The translations under genes were made by a program, and so were the position numbers. A stretch of DNA of 49,089 nt from a virus (Duplodnaviria; Caudoviricetes). Shown piece after piece: positions 39,101 through 45,643 of this stretch (the first letter of the stretch is position 1; the number at the start of each line of letters is the position of its first letter). Below the pieces are notes generated by a model that did not search any database, had not been told where the DNA came from, and was given only the letters and a program-made list of their open reading frames with translations. The stretch is from IMG/VR virus record IMGVR_UViG_3300032223_002681, positions 1 to 49,089 of that record. One strand, written 5' to 3'.

Positions 39101-39463
39101 CGCAGCAAGCTGCCAATCAGCGGGAAAGAGCTACAATCCCTTGGACTTTTGCCTCAGGACATCGCCCGGGACCTGTCCACAGATTGGATTTTTGACCTCC
39201 CTAACGACACCGTGGTCGGGCTGTTTGAGGTCAAAAAAGGAACCCGTCCAACTCAGGACAACACCCACTACTCCTATCCTTGGAGCGTCGCCGGCAAACC
39301 AATCGGCTTCCTGAAAGACATTTATCATGTTAAGGGGCTCACCACACACCCCGGAATCCAAAAATCCACCAGCCTCGCTTGGCCCCTACAGAGGGCGCTG
39401 CCGGAATTGGACAACTTGAGTAAGGCTCTAGCCGATTTAAAACCGATTGTCACATACCGCTAA
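30131..39463 (+). CDS. giant (3110 aa) polyvalent internal virion protein: zincin-like, HDxxGH domain, GNAT-like, up to three ADP-ribosyltransferase-like, kinase and unknown C-terminal domains
   Basis: FKKWFGES...MYHGT...VFDPKQVKSATGNVGTY (ART-PolyVal); a second ART ending QVKSADPATYDDQGNLIPLSQRF; GGEHQV...HNTLFP...SQPF...DLHGMN...VID (Kinase-PolyVal); GFGEALY (GNAT); last gene of the ejection block. Confidence 0.85.
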   Translation: MATPSVVTDTDKFLELLSPKKKDEGDVQPEVAPQPAATTEPTTATPQADAGTKDFFETRQLTGGYSSPTPSELNAELFGAPSPHPELLKKAQEGLGPLPPDQKKNLLENTDEFLAKLEPKKRPGEGGTSEYSALEGSVMSRDPAIPLNTQEEYLLRSLDVEQRHKFIEAHPEIELPFDLHKSNYDYRNVKTEKGKSIWEDVKGVASGVGSFLQGTAEAAGAVGHDINQIMGGLLYEEDPVLALQTKNIVEGKPVPTKEELQKAGESISYGQNLAQTGTDVITAGDQLLSYPEKFKNLWQVHSAGGFNSLDKLREERGYQTPEQSYQNDLDRTTILREQARKQIYAPTAALRMGTDILTGAQELKEAGWVAPSNALQALYKTHLTETASEKMAKDPTLTEEQANAEVYKDAADLLKQRAEKIAPEFVAKGYTEAGKPEIRFAADIPTGAEFGVLGAGLGMVGKGIAGTERLLANAGRDPEAIAAANLKRLQAAEAEQKLVGQIPEKPGYVPVGMQTPALGQTPKPLFYFPRFGTLAGWGENTANAIEKFTGHAAVPLSLAGLGAATSGEGHRTAGFFEGLGLSLGLKGLAEGAGVVRSLDQAAELFGGKNALPSDVMKAAGAAETSSKAAKKLFGGDTFLKALGRDGADFIAKNAVPLALKNVHGATLAYAMGLLNDTPSEDMPEQVAFGTLMSAAPGLFGHSLGESHGEMRMRAGKEAAEVNNFNRGLDDQSRTNISASRLWMMHLAKLRKAVIRARNTAADSQAQTNNPSATPEQRARWSKIAADSQNIVDFHQRKLNQALTTNPATMAEFGRQFNLAAARMSNFLNGTNKAGQENVSFQFLTTDQIAEKLLQHSPELQMMIARGQGEEARQRALTSAQQRGFVSTPESGIRMDPARPTIAINVGNLMNNPRGVIETLYHEVGEAAQKIPQVKAVIDKAGVIDQLFSRTVKGVNGETLRTIPGLLDEGKLYQMFINKYVYGMSAPEILNLGREMGVLDEQRPDQLDFQKVVERMRSEVIADTLGEGFEKSFVNGSPAFENVRQWARTKVESERIKALILKVLGSGGEDPRNVLYSHPASGVGESLTPEVRAAVSQAIQSMRDLGGVTTAVDETGAVSGETREAPRMSKKEVSTNPLLSDRYLKNSGLVKTQLRAVILDADGNPVSKPIDITDPTAFEGTWQFKPDGTASRVNGFGNRPPELPPGVVVPPGGQIIFEHQIVTEPDGVTPVWNSRKDVKKLLKSRSQLIRDAITNAYKGEPGGMQAYSEDNLSFRGTLTPDQIAAIQALPESIVPLKVKNHIFEINNAIQRGQRQNIDYSTHVGKNGEYVSSAPTIRDVQWIGMHFSKDGNFTGTALSWDALHNKFRLWKQRLPGRFDLWNGDSQAMYDQFVGEYLPNQASGIPNETALDKDPEISKKKRDVFNDFLNFANANTRAINPDRTIIPTKRGEKRGMADNVLRSFRLDSIMDIADSPVPGVKLNPDAIYNNFLPKESVKPAKPAGEETNPILKALGAVKASYVGPEQRTPYAQPVRASNQDVQRISEEYVKSAGMEYRPHGQAVPVNEELAKRIADHYETAKNEPLKPEVKKAYTALANEVVDQWKAFQKAGYTATPWTGEGQPYANSAEMMKDVRDNKHLYYYTTESGFGSGITGKMRAENPMLQDSGVNFNGAENVPVNDVFRVVHDIVGHGANGYEFGPKGEFNAYLEHSRMFSDAAKPALAAETLAQNSWVNYGPHLRDESGNIAKKGEKGYVPVTERPFAEQKNIALPQEFIDAAEKQAQAGTKPGPSFLPAKGETKPVPTQEELDEMKARLPKYEVSSYDHQKNGITTIYLRSPEDKGIEPTAQAEVQMLPDDYPGILGINHTERKSEYPGFGEALYREIAKFAQQHDLTDLVGLTNKASTNRRETLFETSEKLPTGENTFSMTSKVAPGINYLPAKKLTVQHPSKEKEGSVGGELDLVHFGPSGLKVTDPKKFGKGIATPTDLQGGYKTYFYLNNGKNYEASMRGKTPYVAKVDGNSLYDLSKDPLGVNGILNREERDDRIKKAGFAGYFSPKKFNGSFDAVALYKPTKLTEVQQGREIFTGPKQSKEFGVSFLPAGKTSSPEFKKWFGESQVVDEEGKPRVMYHGTDRGFNKFQKGTTFFAFKPEFADEFANRAALGWQAESEEAYDPNKSIEDYKDDLEMEPDQKQTPVIVPVYLQAKNIFDANNPDHMRKIGLPPGTITDFSHLEKNQPRMEKAGFDSYYDYEYGPEEDKTGIFVFDPKQVKSATGNVGTYSPENADIRYLPAKLDEAHAKAIESGDTEEAQRLVDEAAKKAGYSIGPVYHHGHFDPSYDAVPKTQQGMHFGSEEAARQRAYDKQPDDERASIKADKDPDTGLWHWSTNSFDSFDFTDGFSSEKAAIQNAYDSIAEMHMNQDSEVDDLGVMTKAYLSLKNLKKVRDQGNDWQVAMQKAKQEGYDGLEYKNEFEDKGSTSYVIFNPEQVKSADPATYDDQGNLIPLSQRFNPESNDIRYLPAKKGVDEGTQTNESLPTDEQQTESNTEAKAAGIQAGGQSQEDRNRLLGGLASVARGAQGSGAESVPGTSGTAPRKEVEEAALRKHAEENGLMRDPDAFFKQWQLDGSEAGGEHQVSFPLGDNVVKRTPNPYYPTWADYFDSLQIHNTLFPKAALTFRGFQNVEGSGGVDIDGTKWPAGLYSEVSQPFLKIKRGLSVPETDDLMKMIGFRRTLPMEYVNDELGIKIKDLHGMNAVMLEDENGKEFPYVIDSTIVPTQAKEEQPRVDLQGHVIVKNPEADFVAKPKILVNFLPASQRINLEDYADKPMFALPADRMGVGTKYVGPTDSKKKLSVEAQGGPEHMTLLNRGVWAFSNEGPASTFANRVDKLAEKHGTDSVLVAVTLQSPINHLKNPTGQLGYVEAMEQARDTKNLTQKQLDAQIKEMAGSIVASKGKDMDENVRAKWKKINSFTKFADAVRSKQLNFGDMEPFLTQMQRSKLPISGKELQSLGLLPQDIARDLSTDWIFDLPNDTVVGLFEVKKGTRPTQDNTHYSYPWSVAGKPIGFLKDIYHVKGLTTHPGIQKSTSLAWPLQRALPELDNLSKALADLKPIVTYR
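37731..37910 (+). CDS. candidate nested out-of-frame 59-aa basic protein
   Basis: MNNKLKVTPKLKQLASKLEAKAKKTGIDFSAGLRLSPEERKAQVQKVYREPREQLLGKR overlaps a low-complexity linker of the giant ORF; TTGACG-17-GAATCT lies upstream. Confidence 0.5.
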   Translation: MNNKLKVTPKLKQLASKLEAKAKKTGIDFSAGLRLSPEERKAQVQKVYREPREQLLGKR

Positions 39464-39468
39464 ATCAC

Positions 39469-39497
39469 TTGTCATACAACGCAAAATAACCTACCTT
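39469..39497 (+). promoter_or_regulatory. sigma70-type promoter, probably giving a leaderless mRNA
   Basis: TTGTCA-17bp-TACCTT, with the ATG at 39504 only 6 nt after the -10 box. Confidence 0.55.
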
Positions 39498-39503
39498 CCC
39501 GCC

Positions 39504-39662
39504 ATGCCTCTCAAAACATCGACATCCCCGGAAGCCTTCAAGTCCAATATCAAGGCTGAACTTGCTGCCGGCAAACCCCAAAAACAAGCGGTGGCAATCG
39601 CCTACGCTCAGAAGAGAAAAGCTAACATGCTGCACCGTATGGGCCGCGGCAAAAAGAAGTAA
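39504..39662 (+). CDS. small basic phage protein
   Basis: MPLK...AFKSNIKAELAAGKPQKQAVAIAY, a pattern recognised from small phage proteins; Lys/Arg-rich tail. Confidence 0.75.
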   Translation: MPLKTSTSPEAFKSNIKAELAAGKPQKQAVAIAYAQKRKANMLHRMGRGKKK

Positions 39663-39666
39663 AATC

Positions 39667-40992
39667 ATGGCTACAGACCTGTCCCAAATCAAAGACCCCT
39701 CCGACGTTGTCGCCCTCGTGGTAGACAACGGCCTCTTCGTTGAAATCGCGATCAAACTCGCTAAAACCTACAAAAAGGTCTACTACTACGTTCCTTGGGA
39801 AAGCGCCTTTGCCAAGATGAATCTGGGCATGATCGGCACCGGGCTCGAGGGAATCGAGGTCGTGGACAGCATTTATGGTCCTCACTTTGATGACGTGGAT
39901 GTCTTTGTCTTCCCAGACATTTATTTTGGCTACGAGCAGGAAATGCTTGAGAAGATGGGTAAAAAGGTCTGGGGAAGCCGCACCGGCGAGTGCCTAGAGC
40001 TCAAACGCGAAGGGATGAAGGAGATCCTGAAAGCACTCGACATGCCGGTCGGCAAATTTACCCATATCAAGGGAATGGCTAATCTCAGGTCATTCCTCAA
40101 GGAAAACGAGAACGTCTACGTCAAGATTGACAAGTTCCGGGGCACTTTTGAAACCTTCCACAGCGCCAACTACAAGGAAGTTGAGCCCAAGCTTGACGAG
40201 GTCGAGTTTAACCTCGGCGCCTTCAAGCACGTGATCGAGTTCACCGTCGAGGAGGCTATTCCTGAGTGCGCTGAGGTGGGGACCGATTGCTGGGTCATCA
40301 CCGATGACGCCGGCGAGGCTCATTACCCTAAACACACGATCTCCGGCATTGAAATCAAAGACGTGGGATTTGCGTCTATCTTCAAGAAGTACGAGGACAT
40401 CCCCGAGGTGGTTACTCGGTTTAACACCCGGATGAAGCCTGTTTTCGCCGCCTATAACTGGCGCGGGTTTATGTCTACCGAGGTCCGCGTCGGTAAAGAC
40501 ATGGACCCCTACATGATCGACTTATGCGCCCGCGCCCCCTCGCCTCCCAACGAGCTCTATCAGGAGCAGTACAGCAATCTTGCTGAGTGTGTCTGGGCCG
40601 GAGCTAACGGTATCGTTATCGAACCCGAGTCCACCGCGAAATACGGCGCTGAAATTATGCTCCACAGCTCGTGGGCAGACAAGGGGTGGCAACCTGTTAG
40701 TTTCCCCGATGAGTTGCGTGATCGCGTCAAACTTCGCAACGCGACCTGCATTGACGGCGTTTATTATGCCATTCCGCAGGCTTGCGGCCTACCTGAAGTC
40801 GGAGCTGTCATTGGTCTTGGCGACACTCTCAAGGAAGCACTTGATGACGCCGTTGAGAATGCCGAGCAGGTCACCGGTTACTACCTCGAAGCAAAGATGT
40901 CTGCGATCGACTCAATCAAAGAAGAGTGTGATCGGTTGGAAAAGCTCGGACTCAACATGTTCGACGACACGGGAAGTGAAGATAACGCTTAA
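39667..40992 (+). CDS. ATP-grasp ligase (PurD/GARS-like fold)
   Basis: KVWGS...LELKR, VYVKID, TVEEAI...EVGTD and WRGFMSTE...YMIDLCARAPSP correspond to the GARS ATP-grasp motif series (xxVKAD, IEEFL.GxE, YxG, EFNxRxGDP). Confidence 0.75.
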   Translation: MATDLSQIKDPSDVVALVVDNGLFVEIAIKLAKTYKKVYYYVPWESAFAKMNLGMIGTGLEGIEVVDSIYGPHFDDVDVFVFPDIYFGYEQEMLEKMGKKVWGSRTGECLELKREGMKEILKALDMPVGKFTHIKGMANLRSFLKENENVYVKIDKFRGTFETFHSANYKEVEPKLDEVEFNLGAFKHVIEFTVEEAIPECAEVGTDCWVITDDAGEAHYPKHTISGIEIKDVGFASIFKKYEDIPEVVTRFNTRMKPVFAAYNWRGFMSTEVRVGKDMDPYMIDLCARAPSPPNELYQEQYSNLAECVWAGANGIVIEPESTAKYGAEIMLHSSWADKGWQPVSFPDELRDRVKLRNATCIDGVYYAIPQACGLPEVGAVIGLGDTLKEALDDAVENAEQVTGYYLEAKMSAIDSIKEECDRLEKLGLNMFDDTGSEDNA

Positions 40993-41368
40993 AACTCAAG
41001 CCCCTGAGTGCCTGAGATACCCCACTACGGGTGACTGGGTATTCAACGAGGACGGTCACCTGCACGTAGTCGTTGCTGAGCATGAAAAGAACGACCGCAG
41101 CGCCTTCCTAGTGGCCCTCCACGAGATGGTCGAGGCTTTCCTGTGCAGGGAAGATGGAGTTGCCGAAGAGGACGTTTCTAAGTGGGATATTGAACACCCA
41201 GAGCTTGCCGAGCCGGGAGATCACCCCGACGCTCCCTACCACAGACAGCATGCGGTAGCGATTGAAGTCGAAAAAATCGTCGCCAAAGCACTGGGTCGGG
41301 ACTGGGAGGATCACGAAGATTGGGTACAGGCTGCGGGAGATGCAGTAGAAGAAGCACTTTCTAGTTGA
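40976..41368 (+). CDS. putative Zn-dependent hydrolase/peptidase (HExxE...H)
   Basis: GTG start at 40976 overlapping the ATP-grasp end; RYPTTGDW, VALHEMVE and EPGD..DAPYHRQH...E. Confidence 0.6.
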   Translation: MKITLKTQAPECLRYPTTGDWVFNEDGHLHVVVAEHEKNDRSAFLVALHEMVEAFLCREDGVAEEDVSKWDIEHPELAEPGDHPDAPYHRQHAVAIEVEKIVAKALGRDWEDHEDWVQAAGDAVEEALSS

Positions 41369-41394
41369 CCTCGCATCCTGCGATGTCATACGTT
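41365..41394 (+). promoter_or_regulatory. putative promoter with palindromic spacer
   Basis: TTGACC-18bp-TACGTT; the spacer contains TCGCA-TCC-TGCGA. Confidence 0.4.
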
Positions 41395-41416
41395 GATCGC
41401 AACAACCCTCACCCCT

Positions 41417-41701
41417 ATGCGCTACCGTAAACAAGCTTTCTTTTTCAACGCCACCCAGTATGGCATCCAAAAACGATTTTTGGTGCCTTCTGAAGTGTAT
41501 AACGGTGTCCAAATCTACAAGGACACTCTACACAAGAAGTATTGCTTTTTCACGGACGAACTCGGAAGGGTTGAGCGTGGGTATACCCGTCTGGCGCAAC
41601 TTAGGAAAGACATCGACGGGTACAAGCCCCGCGGAAGCGTCCATTACCCAAGGGATGTAAATTACAGCAACTTTGTTGCATCGGGTTCCAGCGCTTCCTA
41701 A
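41417..41701 (+). CDS. hypothetical basic protein
   Basis: ATG at 41417 in a C/A-rich context; its stop overlaps the convergent primase-helicase stop. Confidence 0.55.
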   Translation: MRYRKQAFFFNATQYGIQKRFLVPSEVYNGVQIYKDTLHKKYCFFTDELGRVERGYTRLAQLRKDIDGYKPRGSVHYPRDVNYSNFVASGSSAS

Positions 41702-43800
41702 GCGGCCTTCCTGATTCGCCATACCTTGTTGCGGTTGCGGTAGCCGACGGTCTCGACGAACCCGTCGCCTTTGGCCTCGAGCTTTCCTAGTTGGATACTC
41801 ATCCAGCGGGCACGGTTGGTCCCGGATCCTCCGAGCATGAGCTTGGCAACGTCGTCCACCAGCAGTAGCTGCATCAGTTCGACTGCGGTACCCTCGAAGT
41901 CGCGTGGGTGATCCTTCATGAAAATCTGAATCAACTCGCGTACTGTCGAGGCGTCCCCGGACTCGCCGGCAGCCTGTTTGAGGAACGGATGGTGATAGCG
42001 GGCCACACCATAGCGCGGGTCGGCGTCCATGACGTTATCTGGCGGGGTATACTCAATAAGCCAAGCTGCAAAATGAGGCAGCTCTTGCCGCACGATAGCC
42101 TCGAGCTGGTGTTTCTCCGGGAAATGAGAGACCCTCGGGGCAGCCTTAAACAGGAGAAGCTTGTCAAGGATTGAGGTATCAAGATCGGGCAGAATACGCA
42201 GGCTGTCAGCGTCAAGGTTACCGGTCACCATGACCCTACCGCTCCAAGCCACCTGACAGGCGTCCCGGAACTTCGCGTGGAACTCAAACATGTTGTTTGC
42301 GGTGACCCGCTTGACCATTGTTGAAAACGCCTTGTGGTCTTGGTTGTTGTCCCCCGGGAGAGCATCATCCACGGTCCAAAACGGCTTATGAAAGAGGTCC
42401 TTGTTAAAGGTAGTTTTTCCCATCAGGTATTGGGAGGCGTCGGCGTGCCCGCCTACAATGGCGCCCACAACCCGGTTGGAAAAGAACGTCTTTCCTCGGC
42501 CAGTGTCGCCGGCCAAAAACACGGCCTGACCCTGCAGGAGCTTTCCATCGCGGGCGCTGCAATAGAATCGCTTGAGCCACGCCAGCATATATTCAAGCTG
42601 GGTATCCGGCTCAAATAGCTCCTTCAGGAACTTGCCCAGCCAAGGGAAATTCTCTCCCCACGCTCCCGCGTTATCCGCGGGGGTCACGACCTTGACGTTG
42701 CATATATTAAGCACGCGCTCTCCCATAAAGTCAATGGGTCCGGAGGGCTGGAAGATAAACGGCGCGACCCCATTGACGCGGCAATTCTGCCCGATCAGAT
42801 GCAGAGCCTCGTCTACCTCACTGAAGGTTTTCCCCTCAATCCTATCCGCGGAGAGGCCGTTGTACACCTTTAGGTGGCGGGACATCTCGCGCTCGGCGTG
42901 GGCTTCCCACTTACCGCTCGGGCTTTGGATCCAATAATTGTCGCCATCGTACCAGATACCATCGAGCATCTCACCAAGTTTGCGGGCGGACACCTTCTCA
43001 ACAAATCCGCGGCCAAAAATGGCGGACCAAGGAACAAAGGGCTCGAGTCCGGTAAAGCACTGCATGCCGGTCGGGCGCACGATCGCCGCAGTTGGATTGT
43101 CGCCGGTTGGGTCCCAAAAACGGCACCCGCGGGCACCTTCGACAAATTCTCCCTGCCAACGGCCCGGGAATCGGTCCTGAACCTCGGCGGCAAGGGTTTC
43201 CATCGGAATTGTGTCGCCGACCCACTTGGCCTTTTCGCTCACTTTGACCAGCCACCCACAGACATCGACCCACGGGATCGGAGTGCCCTGACACGCGCCC
43301 CAAGAATGCCCAACATCGTAGTAGAGGTTAGGGTTCTCAAACGCCTGTTCGTCGTATCCGGCCAGCAGAGCCTTTGCGTGAAGGTACTTTGCAGCTATTT
43401 TCAAGAACCGCTTTGCTACGTCGTAATTCGGCAGCAGGAGCGGACGCTCGAGTTCCCAGATTAAGCGGATACCTCCGGAAGTCGGGGTGCGATGGTAATA
43501 GGTAGGCTCGTAGTATTTTTCGCTGCGTGAGATACCTTCGTCTAGGGCTGCGTCGCTGATTTCAGCATCGTAATCGGCAATGATAGCGCGAATCTCCCGA
43601 GGCGGATTATTCTCGGAAACCCGTATGTTCGGGGCTTGGCCTACGATCCCGCTGTAAAACAGGTGCTCGGTATTAGGCTGTTTACGCCACGTCTTGTAAG
43701 CGTTGGCGTTGGTCGTGGGAAAAGCATTTGGACGAAATTCCCACGGAACAAGCTCCGTCGTGTCGGTTTGCGCTAGGTTGGTAAGGCAGGGTAACTTCAT
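41698..43800 (-). CDS. primase-helicase (primase-polymerase-like N-terminus plus SF3/D5-like helicase)
   Basis: ADYD and TPTSGGIRLIW primase-like motifs; Walker A GDTGRGKT, Walker B WTVDD, motif C VTGN. ATG at 43800. Confidence 0.85.
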   Translation of the reverse strand: MKLPCLTNLAQTDTTELVPWEFRPNAFPTTNANAYKTWRKQPNTEHLFYSGIVGQAPNIRVSENNPPREIRAIIADYDAEISDAALDEGISRSEKYYEPTYYHRTPTSGGIRLIWELERPLLLPNYDVAKRFLKIAAKYLHAKALLAGYDEQAFENPNLYYDVGHSWGACQGTPIPWVDVCGWLVKVSEKAKWVGDTIPMETLAAEVQDRFPGRWQGEFVEGARGCRFWDPTGDNPTAAIVRPTGMQCFTGLEPFVPWSAIFGRGFVEKVSARKLGEMLDGIWYDGDNYWIQSPSGKWEAHAEREMSRHLKVYNGLSADRIEGKTFSEVDEALHLIGQNCRVNGVAPFIFQPSGPIDFMGERVLNICNVKVVTPADNAGAWGENFPWLGKFLKELFEPDTQLEYMLAWLKRFYCSARDGKLLQGQAVFLAGDTGRGKTFFSNRVVGAIVGGHADASQYLMGKTTFNKDLFHKPFWTVDDALPGDNNQDHKAFSTMVKRVTANNMFEFHAKFRDACQVAWSGRVMVTGNLDADSLRILPDLDTSILDKLLLFKAAPRVSHFPEKHQLEAIVRQELPHFAAWLIEYTPPDNVMDADPRYGVARYHHPFLKQAAGESGDASTVRELIQIFMKDHPRDFEGTAVELMQLLLVDDVAKLMLGGSGTNRARWMSIQLGKLEAKGDGFVETVGYRNRNKVWRIRKAA

Positions 43801-43804
43801 CGGT

Positions 43805-45643
43805 TTATTTTTTGTAGTAGTCTGACTCCTCGGCCTCGCTATCAAGCGGAACGTCGGGCATCCACTCTGGATTTATTTTGATGATTTCTTGGACTTCTTG
43901 AGTAGTTACGGATTTATCGACTTCGAGGATGACCTCGTCGTGGACGGTAAAGATACTCGTGAGTCCAGCAGCTTCAAGCCTTAAAAGACACTCACAGAAA
44001 ACGTCCCGGGCAATAGCCTGAATGACATTCTCGGCAATCTTGGATCCCCACGTGAACCCCCAGCGTCCGCCGCCCATCCGCGCCTTGACATTGGTCTTGC
44101 CGGTCGAGGTTTTGGCAAAATGGCAGCCACGGTAGACGAGATCCCTCCCGGAGGGTAGGGGGACTGTGTAATCTTCCTCGCGCTTGGCGCTGAGCTTGAG
44201 ATCGGTGTCGAGTTGACTCCAGAAGTCAACGATACGCCATTCCTTGGTGCGGAAATCGTTCACCGTCTTCTTGGCCTCCTGAGGAGTCAAATCGACGCCG
44301 TAGACTTTAGCAAACTCCTTGAAAGTAGTGGGTCCGGAGCCATAACCGAGCCCCAGAACACGAGCCTTGGCGAGTTGGTACATAGCAGGGTTCTCCTTCT
44401 TTAGGATTCCGCCACCCCAGCCCAGCGTAAGGCGTGCATGCGCCTCATATACCGATTGCGTGCGGCAAATCTCGAGGAACGGCCAGTCGCCTACAACCCA
44501 AGCAAGCACCCGTGGCTCGATCTGTGATAGATCAGCTATCACGAGTTTTTTGGTCGGGTCCTGCACGCAGATTACCCGGCGCTGATTGGCGCCGTGCAGA
44601 GTTTCCTTGGTCAATCCCTGCACGTTGAGTTTGGTATCGCCACTCCAGCGTCCAGTATGGGCACCAAAATACTTGGTACCAAAATGGATCCTACCGTCGT
44701 CCCGGATGCGATCCCTCATGACCAGAAGTTTGGTACGCAGTAGATTCGCACGCAGGTAGGTTCGTCGGTCGGCGATCCAGTTAATCTCGGGGTGGGCTTC
44801 TTCCCAGTCAAGTGCTTCGACGCTGCCCTTGGCCTTGCTCTTGGGCGGCTCGATACCAATCTTGCGGCACTCCGCGGCAAAAAGGATGTCCGATAGCGCC
44901 TTTTCCTCATCCCCTTCGGCCCAAGGAAGCCGCTGCACGGCCTCAAACGAAGCTACCGAAAGGGCCTTGATCGACTCGTCGAGGTACTCCTGATCGCATG
45001 GAAGCCCGCGGCGGACTTGGTGCATGGTGAGGGCACTTAGTTCCTGCTCTCGGGCTGGCCATTCGTCTTTCTTGGCCATCCATAGCTGGTAACAGACCTC
45101 GGCGTCCCGGAGAGCATATTGCTTGACCTCTTCAAGAAATCTATCGTCGGCACGAATTTCGTCCCACGTCTTTTTGTTCATTGCGTCGCGCACGTCTTTG
45201 CTCAGGTCCAGACCCAAGTGAACGCGGGCAGCGTCAGCGAGGTTACGGTCGCTGGCGCCGAAGAACGCCGTCATGTTGGCCGTGCAATGCCACTTCCGCG
45301 GCATCCAGTCAGGTGCTAACCCAAGTTCTTGAAGGCGGATGTAGACTTCCTGATCGAAAGCTGCATTGTGGGAAACCCACTCGCAATCACGAATGCTTTC
45401 AAAATCAAAATCTGCAGGTTGACCCACAAAAGCTCCGTCCTCCGTGTAAACAGAGACCATATAAATGGTGCAGCGAGGATGGCGTAGGTAATGCCAAACT
45501 CCCAACGTACCAATATCAACTTGGCCTTTGTGGTAAGTAGTTTCAAAATCAATGGCAGCATATTTAGTAATTTCATTTTTTACAGGAGTCTGAGCACCCA
45601 CTCGGGCGCAGGGATTTTGGGTTGATAGATTGTTTGGTTGCAT
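43805..45643 (-). CDS. polA: DNA polymerase, family A
   Basis: Exonuclease motifs DFET, HNAAFD and YALRD; TGRWSG; motif A DLSQIEPR; motif B KARVLGLGYG; motif C VHDE. Confidence 0.95.
   Translation of the reverse strand: MQPNNLSTQNPCARVGAQTPVKNEITKYAAIDFETTYHKGQVDIGTLGVWHYLRHPRCTIYMVSVYTEDGAFVGQPADFDFESIRDCEWVSHNAAFDQEVYIRLQELGLAPDWMPRKWHCTANMTAFFGASDRNLADAARVHLGLDLSKDVRDAMNKKTWDEIRADDRFLEEVKQYALRDAEVCYQLWMAKKDEWPAREQELSALTMHQVRRGLPCDQEYLDESIKALSVASFEAVQRLPWAEGDEEKALSDILFAAECRKIGIEPPKSKAKGSVEALDWEEAHPEINWIADRRTYLRANLLRTKLLVMRDRIRDDGRIHFGTKYFGAHTGRWSGDTKLNVQGLTKETLHGANQRRVICVQDPTKKLVIADLSQIEPRVLAWVVGDWPFLEICRTQSVYEAHARLTLGWGGGILKKENPAMYQLAKARVLGLGYGSGPTTFKEFAKVYGVDLTPQEAKKTVNDFRTKEWRIVDFWSQLDTDLKLSAKREEDYTVPLPSGRDLVYRGCHFAKTSTGKTNVKARMGGGRWGFTWGSKIAENVIQAIARDVFCECLLRLEAAGLTSIFTVHDEVILEVDKSVTTQEVQEIIKINPEWMPDVPLDSEAEESDYYKK

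Noticed and set aside
39447-39503. ITYLPAM, an apparent eighth linker motif after the giant gene
   Set aside because: It is in a different frame and upstream of the likely ATG (39504). The DNA is better explained as the -10 box TACCTT of a promoter.
40580-40975. Long N-terminal extension of the 262-aa ORF
   Set aside because: It overlaps the ATP-grasp gene out of frame and reads as non-protein-like; the GTG at 40976 is the more plausible start.
39667-40992. Labelling the ATP-grasp gene as purD (auxiliary purine metabolism)
   Set aside because: Only the fold-level motifs match; the GSGGREH N-terminal signature is absent and there are no other pur genes.
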